This document shows positions 28,147 through 40,285 of a stretch of 64,000 bases of DNA, one piece after another. Both the position numbers and the translations under genes were made by a program. The stretch lies in NCBI GenBank assembly GCA_963706575.1, contig CAVPNL010000004.1:160001-224000 (forward strand), in the 5' to 3' direction. The DNA comes from an uncultured delta proteobacterium (GTDB lineage Bacteria; Desulfobacterota; Desulfobacteria; Desulfobacterales; JAHEIW01). The notes under the pieces were generated by a model. That model saw only the letters and a list, made by a program, of their open reading frames with translations, was not told where the DNA came from and ran no database searches. Numbering within the stretch: the first letter of the stretch is position 1; each line of letters opens with the position of its first letter.

Positions 28147-31100
28147 TTGCTATCAATCAATGATCAAAAAAAATACGAAATGAAATCATCCTTGAAAACC
28201 GAGAAAACAGAGCGGTGGCCGCTTTTAAGACGTATTCGTCATTTTTACCGCAACCGGATTCTCCGGACCCGATGGCTATTAGGGGCCAATGTTTATTTCG
28301 GAAAGTATGTTGACCGTCTCCCCGATGGATCCATTGTTTTTTTCCCTTGCAGTCAAACCACGCTTTGCTGCGGCATCGCCGGAATTGTTGCCTTTAAAAA
28401 CAAACCGAAGGAGCGTCATAACTTTAAGTTTGAATCACTTGAAGAAATGGTCCGGCAGATCGAAGACACCGGGTATCAGTCCTGCCAGCAAACCGACAGG
28501 TGGAATGATTGCTATCTGAGCGGCAGCGAAAAAATCGATGCCTTATGGCGCCGGGTTCAGACCCTAAAACTAGATGACCGCTTCTTTTCAGTGTTTTCAG
28601 ACGAAAGAGCACAAAACCAGATTGAACGGCTGGCAAATCACCTGGCAGCGATCATTCAAACTGAAACCGGCCTGCTGGCCGAACAAATGGGCCGCCTTTC
28701 ATCAGAACTTGTGGATCTGATTTCCCTGCGGATCGAAAAACTCAAGGATATCGCCTGGAGCCTTGAGAACGATATTCTTTCTAATATAAAAAAAGTAGGA
28801 GATTTTTTTATCCATGTCCACAGTCCTGAAGGGCCATCTCAGACAAGCGTCAGCGTGTTCAAAAAGATAAATGCCGTACTGAACAGCATTGACCGATTGG
28901 AAGTCAGGGGTAGAGATTCGGCCGGAATTTCCATAATGTTTATTTTCGACCCGCCTGGATTTCAAAAATTTGAAGCAGCCCTCACACAGGCCGGCATACG
29001 GGATCAATTTAATGATCGATGTGAACCGGACCTGCTGATCAACGGCGGAATCAACTGCCAGCCGTCGACAACATCGGACGGGAAAAATCAGGTGGCCGTT
29101 GCGGTGACCTATAAAATCGCCCTGGAAATCGGGAGCCTTGGAGACAACGTTCAATACCTGCGCCGGCAAATTGCAAATGATCCGATCTTTCAAATTCTGG
29201 CGACAATTCCGGCATCATTTGAAACGGTTGCGGCCCATACCCGCTGGGCATCGGTGGGTGCCATCACAGAAGCAAATTGCCATCCCGTCGACAATCAGGC
29301 GACCGGCGGAAAGACCCCAAAATGCGGCATCATTCATACCTGCCTCAACGGAGATATCGATAACTACCAGGAACTTAAGGCACAATTCGAAGGTAATGGC
29401 CAACACATTCACAGGGACATCACCACCGACACGAAGATGATTCCACTTAAGATCCAACAGTATCTCCAGCAGGGCCATCCAGTTGATGAGGCTTTTCGAC
29501 TGGCGGTCAACGATTTTGAAGGATCCCATGCCATCTCCATGCATACGGATCTGGCCCCCGGGAAGCTATTTCTGGCGCAAAGAGGCAGCGGCCAGGCTAT
29601 TTTTGTCGGAATCGCAGATGAGCATTATATTCCAAGCTCGGAAGTCTATGGTTTTGTAGAAGAGACCCCTTATTACCTTAAACTGGATGGTGAAAAAACC
29701 GTTGAAGGCATAAACGGGCAGACCCAGGGTCAAATTTTTATTTTAGACCCGCTAAGCAGCGGAGGGTTGGATGGTATCAACGCCCGGTATTATGACGGTA
29801 CACCGTTAGCCCTTAACGAAAACGACATTAAAATTACCGAAATTACGTCACGGGATATCGATCGCCAAAATTACCCGCACTATTTTTTAAAAGAAATCTC
29901 AGAATCACCGGATGCGGTTGAAAAAACACTGCAGAACCGCTGGAAGATTAAAGAGAATAATCAATCCCACTATACGATTGTGCTGGATGAAACCATCATT
30001 CCTCAATCCCTGCAAAAGGCACTGACAGCCGATCAAATTAAGCGCATCTTTTTTATCGGACAGGGCACCGCCGGGGTGGCCGCATTAGTCTGTGCGAATA
30101 CTCTGAATTATTATCTGAATAACCCTGCTATTCAGATCAGCGCCCTCAAAGCTTCAGAGTTCAGCGGTTTTCAATTAAACGAAAATGATGCCCAAAATGC
30201 CATGGCCGACACCCTGGTTGTCGCCATCAGTCAATCCGGCACCACCACCGACACCAACCGCACCGTTGACATGGTCAAAGAACGCGGCGCTTATACCCTG
30301 GCCATTGTCAACCGTCGCGACTCGGATATTACGTTTAAAGTCAACGGCGTGATGTATACCAGCAGTGGTCGTGATATCGAAATGTCGGTGGCTTCCACCA
30401 AAGCCTTTTATTCCCAAATCGTTGCCGGCGCCATTTTGGGACTTTATATCGCCAGATTAAAAAACCGCCGGGATGATGACTTTGTAAGCGAGGAAACCCA
30501 GCGTCTGCTGGCGCTTCCGTCGCACATGCGCAAAGTGCTCGCCATGCGAGAAGCCATTAAACAATCCGCCCAGCGGCTGGCGGTAACCAGAACCTACTGG
30601 GCGGCCGTTGGCAGCGGGCCGAACAAGGCGGCGGCCGACGAAATTCGCATCAAACTCAGCGAGCTTTGCTATAAAACGATTTCCTCGGATTATGTTGAGG
30701 ACAAAAAGCACATTGACCTGTCATCAGAGCCGTTGATTATCGTGTGTGCCGCGGGCACAAGAAGCACGGTCATTGGAGACATCATAAAAGATACGGCTAT
30801 TTTCAAAGCCCACAAAGCAACTCCGGTCGTCATCGCAAACGAGGGCGAAGATCGTTTTGCCCCTTATGCCGCCGATATTTTTCAGGTTCCGCCGGTTCAG
30901 GAGCATCTGGCCCCCATCTTAAACACGCTGGTGGGCCATATCTGGGGATATTATGCCGCCCTGGCCATCCATAGCGGCTCGCGGTTTTTATACCGATTCC
31001 ACGAAGACCTGCAAAACACCATTGATGGGTATGCCAAAGACGGATTGGATATTTACGAAATAATTCTTGAAAAACCATTCCGCGAAAAGGTGGCCCATTT

Positions 31101-31968
31101 TGATAAAGAATTTAGACGAAAAAAAGCAGCCAAACAGTTTCCGTCTGCAATCGGCTTTGACGCGACCTCGGACTTAACCCTTTTGCTCAAATATCTATCC
31201 GGAAGATTGCCGGTTTCAGACTTTGAGCTTGATTTTAGCCAGAAAGGCACCGCCACCAATATGCTCAATGAGATGTTTAAATGTCTGGGGGGTGCGGTTA
31301 ACTATCTGGCACGGCCGGTGGATGCGATTAAACACCAGGCGAAAACCGTCACGGTTGGAACCAGCCGGATCAGTGAACGTATGGAAGGCATCTTATTTGA
31401 CGCTTTGACAGCGGAAAAAATCAATATTTCTCAATTAACCGCCAACAACATTATCGTGTTGAAAAATCTTCAAGATATTGTCCACGAGATTCCCGGTTCC
31501 ATCCTTTATCGGATAGAGGGTTTAGATCTTTTGGGAGAGCCGGTTGATGAAACCACAATAAACGTTATCGCTAAAAGAGGGGCCGTAAAGAAGATCCCTT
31601 CCCGGGTTGAAACCGATGCCCAGTTAAAAGGAACTAAACGCATCATTGTCACACAGGGCAATGTTTATATCGGCAAAGGGCGCAAAGACGAGCGCAGCCT
31701 CGTGATCATACCGATCCTTTCGGGTTCACCTGAATCACCGAACATCATCGAACATCTGGTACTGCTGCATATAACATTTAAAGAAAATATCCCGCTGGGC
31801 GCTAAAATCAAAGCCCTGGGCGGAAAGTATGAACACATCAAAAATATTGTTCAGGAAAGCAGCATCAGCTGGGAGGATCAATTGCTTGAACTCATCGAAG
31901 TCCAGGAGTTGTTTGGAAGATCTGCTGAAAAGGTGGCTGAATTCATTGTATCACACATCAGCGCCTAA
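28147..31968 (+). CDS. Large GlmS-like glutamine amidotransferase / double SIS domain protein (start may be ATG 28180)
   Basis: CGIAGI, LEVRGRDSAG, AHTRWAS, NGDIDNY, VAISQSGTTTDT, SVASTKAFYSQ, AKTVTVG. Confidence 0.85.
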   Translation: MLSINDQKKYEMKSSLKTEKTERWPLLRRIRHFYRNRILRTRWLLGANVYFGKYVDRLPDGSIVFFPCSQTTLCCGIAGIVAFKNKPKERHNFKFESLEEMVRQIEDTGYQSCQQTDRWNDCYLSGSEKIDALWRRVQTLKLDDRFFSVFSDERAQNQIERLANHLAAIIQTETGLLAEQMGRLSSELVDLISLRIEKLKDIAWSLENDILSNIKKVGDFFIHVHSPEGPSQTSVSVFKKINAVLNSIDRLEVRGRDSAGISIMFIFDPPGFQKFEAALTQAGIRDQFNDRCEPDLLINGGINCQPSTTSDGKNQVAVAVTYKIALEIGSLGDNVQYLRRQIANDPIFQILATIPASFETVAAHTRWASVGAITEANCHPVDNQATGGKTPKCGIIHTCLNGDIDNYQELKAQFEGNGQHIHRDITTDTKMIPLKIQQYLQQGHPVDEAFRLAVNDFEGSHAISMHTDLAPGKLFLAQRGSGQAIFVGIADEHYIPSSEVYGFVEETPYYLKLDGEKTVEGINGQTQGQIFILDPLSSGGLDGINARYYDGTPLALNENDIKITEITSRDIDRQNYPHYFLKEISESPDAVEKTLQNRWKIKENNQSHYTIVLDETIIPQSLQKALTADQIKRIFFIGQGTAGVAALVCANTLNYYLNNPAIQISALKASEFSGFQLNENDAQNAMADTLVVAISQSGTTTDTNRTVDMVKERGAYTLAIVNRRDSDITFKVNGVMYTSSGRDIEMSVASTKAFYSQIVAGAILGLYIARLKNRRDDDFVSEETQRLLALPSHMRKVLAMREAIKQSAQRLAVTRTYWAAVGSGPNKAAADEIRIKLSELCYKTISSDYVEDKKHIDLSSEPLIIVCAAGTRSTVIGDIIKDTAIFKAHKATPVVIANEGEDRFAPYAADIFQVPPVQEHLAPILNTLVGHIWGYYAALAIHSGSRFLYRFHEDLQNTIDGYAKDGLDIYEIILEKPFREKVAHFDKEFRRKKAAKQFPSAIGFDATSDLTLLLKYLSGRLPVSDFELDFSQKGTATNMLNEMFKCLGGAVNYLARPVDAIKHQAKTVTVGTSRISERMEGILFDALTAEKINISQLTANNIIVLKNLQDIVHEIPGSILYRIEGLDLLGEPVDETTINVIAKRGAVKKIPSRVETDAQLKGTKRIIVTQGNVYIGKGRKDERSLVIIPILSGSPESPNIIEHLVLLHITFKENIPLGAKIKALGGKYEHIKNIVQESSISWEDQLLELIEVQELFGRSAEKVAEFIVSHISA

Positions 31969-32105
31969 ATACCTGCCAATCCGGCGTTCGGTTCCCTTAT
32001 AGAAGCGGCCGCCGGCCGCAATACCACCCCGGACACACCCAATCTGAGACCGCCAATGTGACTCTGCTGCTATTAAAAAAAAGTGCACAATTGCCGTTAT
32101 TAAAA

Positions 32106-32133
32106 TTGACATCAAACCGGAGTATGCTATAAT
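32106..32133 (+). promoter_or_regulatory. Consensus sigma70 promoter
   Basis: TTGACA-N16-TATAAT with an extended TG, upstream of the sigma54 activator gene. Confidence 0.7.
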
Positions 32134-32329
32134 CCGTATACAAAAGTGAATATAGGCTCTTATGGCTTTTTTGCGGTGTTGAAAAGAAAAAAACCTTTAA
32201 AATATATATAAGACTTTGTTTTTTAATATAAAAATTAAATTAAATCACTGGTTAAAAAAATATCAGCATGATATAAAATGATTCAAATTCAGACAAAATC
32301 ATTCCATTGTTGGGTTAGGGTGTATAAAA

Positions 32330-33832
32330 ATGGATAACAACCTAAAGCATGCGGGGACGTCTATTGATCGCCTGAAAGAAATCTCTACCTGGGTATCATC
32401 GGTACAGGACCTGGATCAACTGCTTGAACTGATCATCGAAACGGCTACACGGATGATGGATGCAAAAGCCAGTTCGCTGTTGCTTTTGGATCCCAAAACC
32501 CAAAGATTGTATTTCAAAGTGGCCACCGGTGAAAAAAAAGATGACGTCAAGCAGTTTGAAATCGACCTGGGTCAGGGCATTGCGGGCCATGTGGCCCAGA
32601 CAGGCGAGCCGCTGTTGATTCCAAATGTTTCCAAGGACCCGCGCTGGTATAAAGAAATCAGTGAAAGCATCGGGTTTGAAACCCGTTCGATTGCCTGTGT
32701 TCCTATGAAAGTCCGGGGAGAAATTATCGGTGTTGTTGAAATTATTGACAAGACCGACGGCAGTGAGATAACAGATGCCGATTTAAAAATTTTATCCGTC
32801 TTTGCCGAACTTGCTGCCGTGGCCATCGGGAATGCCCGCAAAATCGAACACGATAAAAAGGAAATCAGGGATCTCAAAGAGAAACTGGATCTTAAATATG
32901 AACTGATTGGAGAAAGCCCGGCACTTACAAAAGTCATTTCCGATGCGGTCAAGGTGGCGAACTCGAAAGCCAGCACCTTAATATTGGGAGAAAGCGGCAC
33001 CGGCAAAGAATTGCTCGCCCGTTTGATTCACCGCGTGGGGTCAAGGAAAGACGAGCCGATGATCGTGCTCAATTGCGCCGCCTTGCCGGAATCATTGCTT
33101 GAAGATGAGCTTTTCGGCCATGAGAAAGGCGCCTATACCGGTGCAACCGGCCGCAAGATTGGAAAATTTGAACTTGCCGACAAAGGGACGATTTTTCTTG
33201 ATGAAATCGGCGAAATGAGTCCGGGCATGCAATCCAAGCTGCTGCGCATTTTGCAGGAGGGTGTATTTTACCGTGTGGGTGGCAATAAATCAATCCCGGT
33301 GGATGTTCGCGTCATCGCAGCGACTAACCGAAATATCGTCGAAGATGTCACTGAAGGAAGGTTTCGTGAAGACCTTTACTACCGACTGAATGTCGTCCAA
33401 ATTCAAATGCCCCCTGTTCGGGAGAGAAAAGAAGATATCCCGTTGTTGGCTGATTATTTTTTAAACATGTTTAAGCTGGAACGGGGAATGTCGAATCTAA
33501 CCATATCGAAAAAAGCGCTGGATGCCATGATTCAATATGATTGGCCCGGAAATGTGCGCGAAATGAAAAACGCCATCGAAAGAGCCGTCGTCATGGGAAA
33601 CGGCGGGGCAATCATGCCGGAAGATTTGCCTCAATTTGCCGCCAAACCCAGTTACCCGGGAATGAAAGTTGGATTGACGTTAAAAGAGGCCATCGACTTT
33701 TTTAAAAAGGAATTCATCACCCTGAACCTCAGGCATACCGGCGGTAATAGAAGTTTAGCAGCCAAAAATATGAATATCCAAAGAACCTATTTGTCTCGCC
33801 TCATCGGCCGGTACGACCTGATAGACACATGA
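32330..33832 (+). CDS. GAF-domain sigma54-dependent Fis family transcriptional activator
   Basis: N-terminal GAF, GESGTGKE, ELFGHEKGAYTGA, FREDLYYRLNV, WPGNVRE, C-terminal HTH. Confidence 0.93.
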   Translation: MDNNLKHAGTSIDRLKEISTWVSSVQDLDQLLELIIETATRMMDAKASSLLLLDPKTQRLYFKVATGEKKDDVKQFEIDLGQGIAGHVAQTGEPLLIPNVSKDPRWYKEISESIGFETRSIACVPMKVRGEIIGVVEIIDKTDGSEITDADLKILSVFAELAAVAIGNARKIEHDKKEIRDLKEKLDLKYELIGESPALTKVISDAVKVANSKASTLILGESGTGKELLARLIHRVGSRKDEPMIVLNCAALPESLLEDELFGHEKGAYTGATGRKIGKFELADKGTIFLDEIGEMSPGMQSKLLRILQEGVFYRVGGNKSIPVDVRVIAATNRNIVEDVTEGRFREDLYYRLNVVQIQMPPVRERKEDIPLLADYFLNMFKLERGMSNLTISKKALDAMIQYDWPGNVREMKNAIERAVVMGNGGAIMPEDLPQFAAKPSYPGMKVGLTLKEAIDFFKKEFITLNLRHTGGNRSLAAKNMNIQRTYLSRLIGRYDLIDT

Positions 33833-33954
33833 AACTGTTTTGGAATCATTAAAATCGTGTTATGGTGTTTGGAAAACCATTAGGGACAAATATGGTCAAA
33901 GCCCCACCGTTGATCAAACCATGCCCCCCCGTCATTGAATAAAGGCAAAATCTA

Positions 33955-34551
33955 ATGGAAAAAAACAGCATTTTATTAGTAGATGATGACCCGTTTATTC
34001 TGGAAGGTATTGCAGCAGATTTAGAGAACCAGGGTTTTAAGGTAACCAAGGCCGACAGCGGCGACCGCGCCCTGGAATTGCTCGCAGAAACCGATTTTGA
34101 TCTGGTGATAACGGATCTGGTCATGGAAAATATCGACGGAATACAGGTTTTAAAAAAAGCCAAAGATCTCAATGCACACACGATGGTCATTATCCTTACC
34201 GGTTACGGCAATATTCAATCCGCCATTGAAGCTTTGCGGCACGAAGCCGATGACTATTTACTGAAACCCTGCGAGTCGGCAGAAATGCTTTACCGGGTCA
34301 ATCAATGTCTGGCTAAAGCGGAGCTTTCGCGAAAAATAACGCTTTATCAGACCATACTGCCGATGTGCTGCGTATGTAAAAAAATAAGGGACGACCGCCG
34401 GACGGAGCCCGGTAAGGGAGATTGGGTTGCGGTTGAACAATTTATCCACGATAGGGCTAACCTGGATATTACCTCCAGCTACTGCCCGGAATGCGCCCAG
34501 CAGACCATGGAGACCTTTACAAATCATCAGGCTACTCAAACCAAAAAATAG
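33955..34551 (+). CDS. Response regulator with a C-terminal Cys-rich domain
   Basis: ILLVDDD receiver domain; LPMCCVCKKIRDD...YCPEC. Confidence 0.88.
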   Translation: MEKNSILLVDDDPFILEGIAADLENQGFKVTKADSGDRALELLAETDFDLVITDLVMENIDGIQVLKKAKDLNAHTMVIILTGYGNIQSAIEALRHEADDYLLKPCESAEMLYRVNQCLAKAELSRKITLYQTILPMCCVCKKIRDDRRTEPGKGDWVAVEQFIHDRANLDITSSYCPECAQQTMETFTNHQATQTKK

Positions 34552-34759
34552 CTGTCTGAGATTCGATTAGACTCCCCGGTAGACAAAAACTTGAAGTTAT
34601 CTTAAATGTAGTAGATCACCTAGTTAGGTTGACCGGTTGAGCCTGTTTAGGCCGTTGAAATAGCAAAAACGTCTCTTTCTATCTTTCTTACCGGCTAATG
34701 GGCTAACCGGTAACAGCACAAGGCGCTTAACCGATAAGAGTACGGAGGTAGAGATTAAA

Positions 34760-35614
34760 ATGGTCCGAAAAATTCTCATACCATTTGTCATCATACTGCT
34801 AATGGTGGCATCGGCAGCAATTGGATCCGCGACAGTAGAATGGGAGGTCCTCAATACACTTAAGCTGGACGCTCCACCGCTGGATGTGGCAATTTCCCCC
34901 GATGGTAAGACTGTCTTTGTTTTGACCCATGAAGGCAACATTCATATTTATGAAGTCAACGGCCGCCTCACAGATAAAATTGAAGTCGGTGAAAAAATCG
35001 ATCAGATTAAGCTCGGCCCAAAAGGAACGCACCTGTTTGCAACCAGTCGGCAAAACAAAGCAATTAAGGTCATTGCGCTTGATTTTATCAAACAAATATC
35101 GACCAATGGGTCGCCTTACAAAGGTCTCGTGGATGCACCGGTTGTCATTGCCGACTTCAGTGATTTTGAATGACAATACTGTGCGAGGCTTGCGCCTCTG
35201 CTCGAGCAGGTGCTCGAGAAAAACCCCAAGACGGTCAAAATTGTTTTTAAAAATTTTCCGATTCGCAACCACAAGTTTGCTATTCAAGCCGCTGTAGCAG
35301 CACTGGCTGCAGATCGTCAGGGAAAATTTTGGGATTTCCACGATGAACTGTTTAAACAATACAACAAGCTTAATGAAGAAAAAGTCCAGGAAATTGCAGC
35401 GAAACTCAAGCTGGATAAAGCGCAATTTGAAAAAGACAGGAAAGACCCCTTACTGATGGAACAAATCAAGTATGATTATAATGAAGCCATCGGGATAGGA
35501 GTACGCAGCGTTCCATCGGTATTTGTTAACGGGAGAAAACTAAAAGACAGAAGCCTGAATGGATTTCAGGCCCTAATTGATAAAGAATTAGAAAGCCTTA
35601 AGCAAAAAAAATAA
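34760..35614 (+). CDS. Exported DsbA/thioredoxin-fold selenoprotein with a UxxC motif (UGA at 35171-35173 read through)
   Basis: ORFs 34760-35173 and 35210-35614 are in the same frame and read FSDFE-TGA-QYCARLAP...FKNFP...GKFWDFHD...GVRSVPSVFVNG; signal peptide at the N-terminus. Confidence 0.85.
35174..35218 (+). promoter_or_regulatory. Candidate bacterial SECIS hairpin
   Basis: GAGGC-TTGC-GCCTC stem-loop starts 11 nt after the UGA; a second palindrome CTCGAGCA-GG-TGCTCGAG follows. Confidence 0.5.
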
Positions 35615-35644
35615 AGGTCACCACCGTCGCTTAATCTGGCAACT

Positions 35645-35772
35645 GGTTAAATGGTCAAATCGTCGAGTGGTTAATTAGGTAAGGAATATTGTCCTTTTTG
35701 ACGGTTCAACCATTTGACCATTTGACGAACCACCAATTTACTAATTGACCAATCGACCAATTCACTATTCAA
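35645..35772. repeat. Octamer inverted element (TGGTCAAA / TTGACCAT)
   Basis: tggttaaatggtcaaatcgtcgagtggttaatt ... aaccatttgaccatttgacg...aattgaccaatcgaccaatt. Confidence 0.65.
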
Positions 35773-35803
35773 CGCTTTCAACAAAAAAGAACCCGCCTGA
35801 ATC

Positions 35804-37456
35804 TTACGACCGATTTCGGTCTTGAGAATTTTTCAAAGATGCCCCGATAAAATCTCGAAATAGCGGATGCGGTTCCATCGGTCGGGATTTGAATTCCGGG
35901 TGAAATTGACACCCCAGAAACCAGGGATGATCACCGATTTCGATGATCTCCACCAGTTCACCGTTAGGCGAAGTCCCGCTGATGACCATTCCCGCTTCCT
36001 TCAACCGATCCAAATAGTCGTTGTTGAATTCATAACGGTGGCGGTGCCGTTCGGATATCTCTTTTTTTTGATAAGCCTGGTAGGCAAAAGAATGGGTTTC
36101 AATGCGGCAGCTGTAAGCGCCCAATCGCATCGTCGCACCTTTATCAGACAAATCATCACGTCGCTGAACGGTCTGACTCCTTTCATCAAACCATTCGCGC
36201 ATCAAGTAAATGACCGCATGGGCCGTATCAGGATCAAACTCCGAACTGTTTGCGTTTTCCAGACCGGCAACATGCCGGGCAAATTCAATGACGGCAATTT
36301 GCATCCCCAAACAAATGCCAAAGTACGGCACATTTTTGACCCGTGCGAAATTGGCAGCGCATATCTTGCCTTCAATGCCACGTTCCCCAAATCCCCCGGG
36401 CACCAGGATGCCGTCCGCATCAGCCAGCATCTGGTTGCAGGTTGCGCTGTCCAGTTTCTCGGAATCAACGAAGTTCAGATTGACCTTGGAGTCGTTGGCG
36501 ATCCCCCCATGATACAGCGCTTCATTCAGGCTTTTATAGGATTCAGTGAGATCAACATATTTACCGACGACAGCAATGGCCACCGAATGCTTGGGTGCCT
36601 TGATTTTCCTAATGAGTTCCTCCCAGTTCTCCAGTTGAGGGTTCCGCGTCCAGATATTGAGTAACTCAATAATTTTGTCATCCAAACCTTCTTGATGAAA
36701 GATAAGGGGAACTTCATAAATATGATCCACATCTTTGGCCGTTATGACCTCTTCAACGCCGACATTGCAAAAAAGGGCAATTTTCGCCTTGATGTCTTTG
36801 GACAGGAATCTGTCGGTGCGGCATAGAAGAATGTCGGGCTGGATGCCGATACTTCTCAGCTCTTTAACACTGTGCTGGGTCGGCTTGGTTTTGACTTCAC
36901 CGGCGGTGCCGATATAGGGTACCAGCGTTAGATGAATATAGAGCGAATTAGCTTTGCCCACATCTGCTCTAAATTGTCGAATTGCCTCTAAAAATGGCAG
37001 ACTTTCAATGTCACCGATCGTGCCGCCGATTTCGACAATGACCACATCAACATCGTCAGCGGCCAGTTTGATACTGTTTTTGATTTCATCTGTAATGTGC
37101 GGGATGACCTGCACGGTTCCACCCAGGTATTCCCCTTGGCGCTCTTTGGTAATGACGGAATGATAAATTTTACCGGTGGTAAAATTGTTGTCTTTGCCCA
37201 ATCTGGCGTGGGTGAAACGTTCATAGTGGCCCAGGTCAAGATCGGTTTCAGTTCCATCATCGGTCACAAACACCTCGCCATGCTGAAAGGGATTCATCGT
37301 TCCCGGATCCACATTTATATAGGGATCCAGTTTTTGGATGGTCACGGTTAAGCCCCGGCTTTCCATCAAAGCGCCAATGGCAGCCGATGCAAGCCCTTTG
37401 CCAAGGGATGAAAGCACACCACCGGTTACAAAAATATATTTTGTGTCTTTTGCCAT
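35804..37456 (-). CDS. pyrG: CTP synthase
   Basis: [38 protein letters not shown]. Confidence 0.98.
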   Translation of the reverse strand: MAKDTKYIFVTGGVLSSLGKGLASAAIGALMESRGLTVTIQKLDPYINVDPGTMNPFQHGEVFVTDDGTETDLDLGHYERFTHARLGKDNNFTTGKIYHSVITKERQGEYLGGTVQVIPHITDEIKNSIKLAADDVDVVIVEIGGTIGDIESLPFLEAIRQFRADVGKANSLYIHLTLVPYIGTAGEVKTKPTQHSVKELRSIGIQPDILLCRTDRFLSKDIKAKIALFCNVGVEEVITAKDVDHIYEVPLIFHQEGLDDKIIELLNIWTRNPQLENWEELIRKIKAPKHSVAIAVVGKYVDLTESYKSLNEALYHGGIANDSKVNLNFVDSEKLDSATCNQMLADADGILVPGGFGERGIEGKICAANFARVKNVPYFGICLGMQIAVIEFARHVAGLENANSSEFDPDTAHAVIYLMREWFDERSQTVQRRDDLSDKGATMRLGAYSCRIETHSFAYQAYQKKEISERHRHRYEFNNDYLDRLKEAGMVISGTSPNGELVEIIEIGDHPWFLGCQFHPEFKSRPMEPHPLFRDFIGASLKNSQDRNRS

Positions 37457-37552
37457 CTTCTCCCCTCACTCAGTTCCATATTCAATAATTAATCGTCATT
37501 CTGACCATTAGCATTCAAAATGCCGTCTGATATTTGCCCGATCACCAGGGCC

Positions 37553-37597
37553 AAAAAAGCGAAAAAGCCCTTGGTGCGATGCCCAAAGGGCCTTTCG
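37553..37597 (-). terminator. Intrinsic terminator-like hairpin upstream of pyrG
   Basis: Minus strand reads cgaaaggccctttgg-gcatcgca-ccaagggctttttcgctttttt. Confidence 0.55.
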
Positions 37598-37766
37598 TAG
37601 CAGGCAAATATCAATTTTTGGATTGTGCAGAATTTTAAAATGGGCGCTGCCTTTCTATTAAGGTAGGAATTGCAAAAGTGTTTTTTTTAACTACGTAGTT
37701 TCTCAAAAAACAGGACAAATTGCAATATTAAAATTGGACCAGGGGAGCCGAATTTTCTGCCATTTT

Positions 37767-38843
37767 TTATTCAAATATTTTTTTGAATTCCTCGATTGTT
37801 TTTTGAACCTCGCTTAAACCCTCGCTCTCACCAGTCCGGTTCGGCGTTTCCGCACGTTCGCGGTATTCCAATTTCAGACGCACAATATCAAAGACGTCTT
37901 TTGAAAAGTTCGGGTTGATCTGATAATCATCAACTTCAATTGACCGCACGATCACGCCGTCTTGAATAAACTCAATTAGCATCGGGTAACTTATTTTCCC
38001 GATCTGTTGCCAGTTCGAATACCGAATTTCAAGAAAACCCGCTCGATTGCTGTACGGGCTTTTCTCCCCGAAGACAATGATACCCAGTGGCTGGAAGGTT
38101 TCCTTATCGATCCATACCTGGGGAACCGTCTGATCGGGAAATTCGGCTCCGACCACAAGTGCAAGCCGGCTATCAAATCTTCCCAGGCTCGATACGGAAA
38201 TATCGATACCCAGATTCGACAGGCGCTCAGAAAGTCCTTCTCTCGATCGATAGAGCAGCAGGTCCTTGTAAACATCAAATTGCGATTCAGCGGCGTCTGA
38301 AATAACCCCGTCTATCACCGTAATCGTCTGCCCTTGATTGGATACAAATACCCGCTGATTTGACTCAGAAACGATATCGGATCGAAACGCCTCCGAAAAT
38401 ACATATTTAATCGACTCGTCTAATTGAATGGTCTCGATCAACTCGGGTGATGGCACCGTTTGATCCGGCACTGCTGGCTGACCGTCCCTTAAATTTGCTG
38501 AATCGTTGACCTCATCAAGGCTGTCATTTTTACTCAGAGAATCCGGCTGAGTCACCTCTGCCTCATCATGGGGAGGCGTCGCCTGCTCGTGGCCCGGACC
38601 GGTTGAAACAGTTTGCATCTCCCCTTCTCTATCATCTGCAGGAACCACTTGAGGCTGCGGCGCAACATTGTAAAAAATTACTCTTTGAGAAACAGAAAGG
38701 CTCTGGGCTTGGCCCAGTTTCTCGGTCATTAACTGAATGATATGAGGCCCCTGAAGCACGTATGATTGCAGAATGGTGGGCGCCAGCACGATCAGGACCA
38801 GGCTTAACGCCGTCCCGGCAATTATTTTTAAAACAACAGTCAT
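37767..38843 (-). CDS. Membrane-anchored protein, possibly LolA-like (lipoprotein-sorting fold), with an acidic low-complexity insert
   Basis: N-terminal hydrophobic segment from MTVVLKII; QVWIDKETFQP and INPNFSKDVF resemble LolA-superfamily motifs. Confidence 0.6.
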   Translation of the reverse strand: MTVVLKIIAGTALSLVLIVLAPTILQSYVLQGPHIIQLMTEKLGQAQSLSVSQRVIFYNVAPQPQVVPADDREGEMQTVSTGPGHEQATPPHDEAEVTQPDSLSKNDSLDEVNDSANLRDGQPAVPDQTVPSPELIETIQLDESIKYVFSEAFRSDIVSESNQRVFVSNQGQTITVIDGVISDAAESQFDVYKDLLLYRSREGLSERLSNLGIDISVSSLGRFDSRLALVVGAEFPDQTVPQVWIDKETFQPLGIIVFGEKSPYSNRAGFLEIRYSNWQQIGKISYPMLIEFIQDGVIVRSIEVDDYQINPNFSKDVFDIVRLKLEYRERAETPNRTGESEGLSEVQKTIEEFKKIFE

Positions 38844-38847
38844 TTTG

Positions 38848-40146
<1,299 letters not shown>

Positions 40147-40285
40147 TTAAAAAAGTCCGGCTGCTTGAACAAATATTAAAGAAATGTTACTCTGCAATAG
40201 CGTTGATGTCAAGTATGGCCGGCGGCGCTGAAGCCTACTTCTCGAAGTAAAACCCGGAAAAGGCGCAAAGGAAGATCGGACAAAT

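Noticed and set aside
34799..35425. 208-aa antisense ORF, and other long shadow ORFs such as 35867-36664, 14791-15363 and 49776-50327
   Set aside because: They lie opposite well-supported genes and have no motifs of their own
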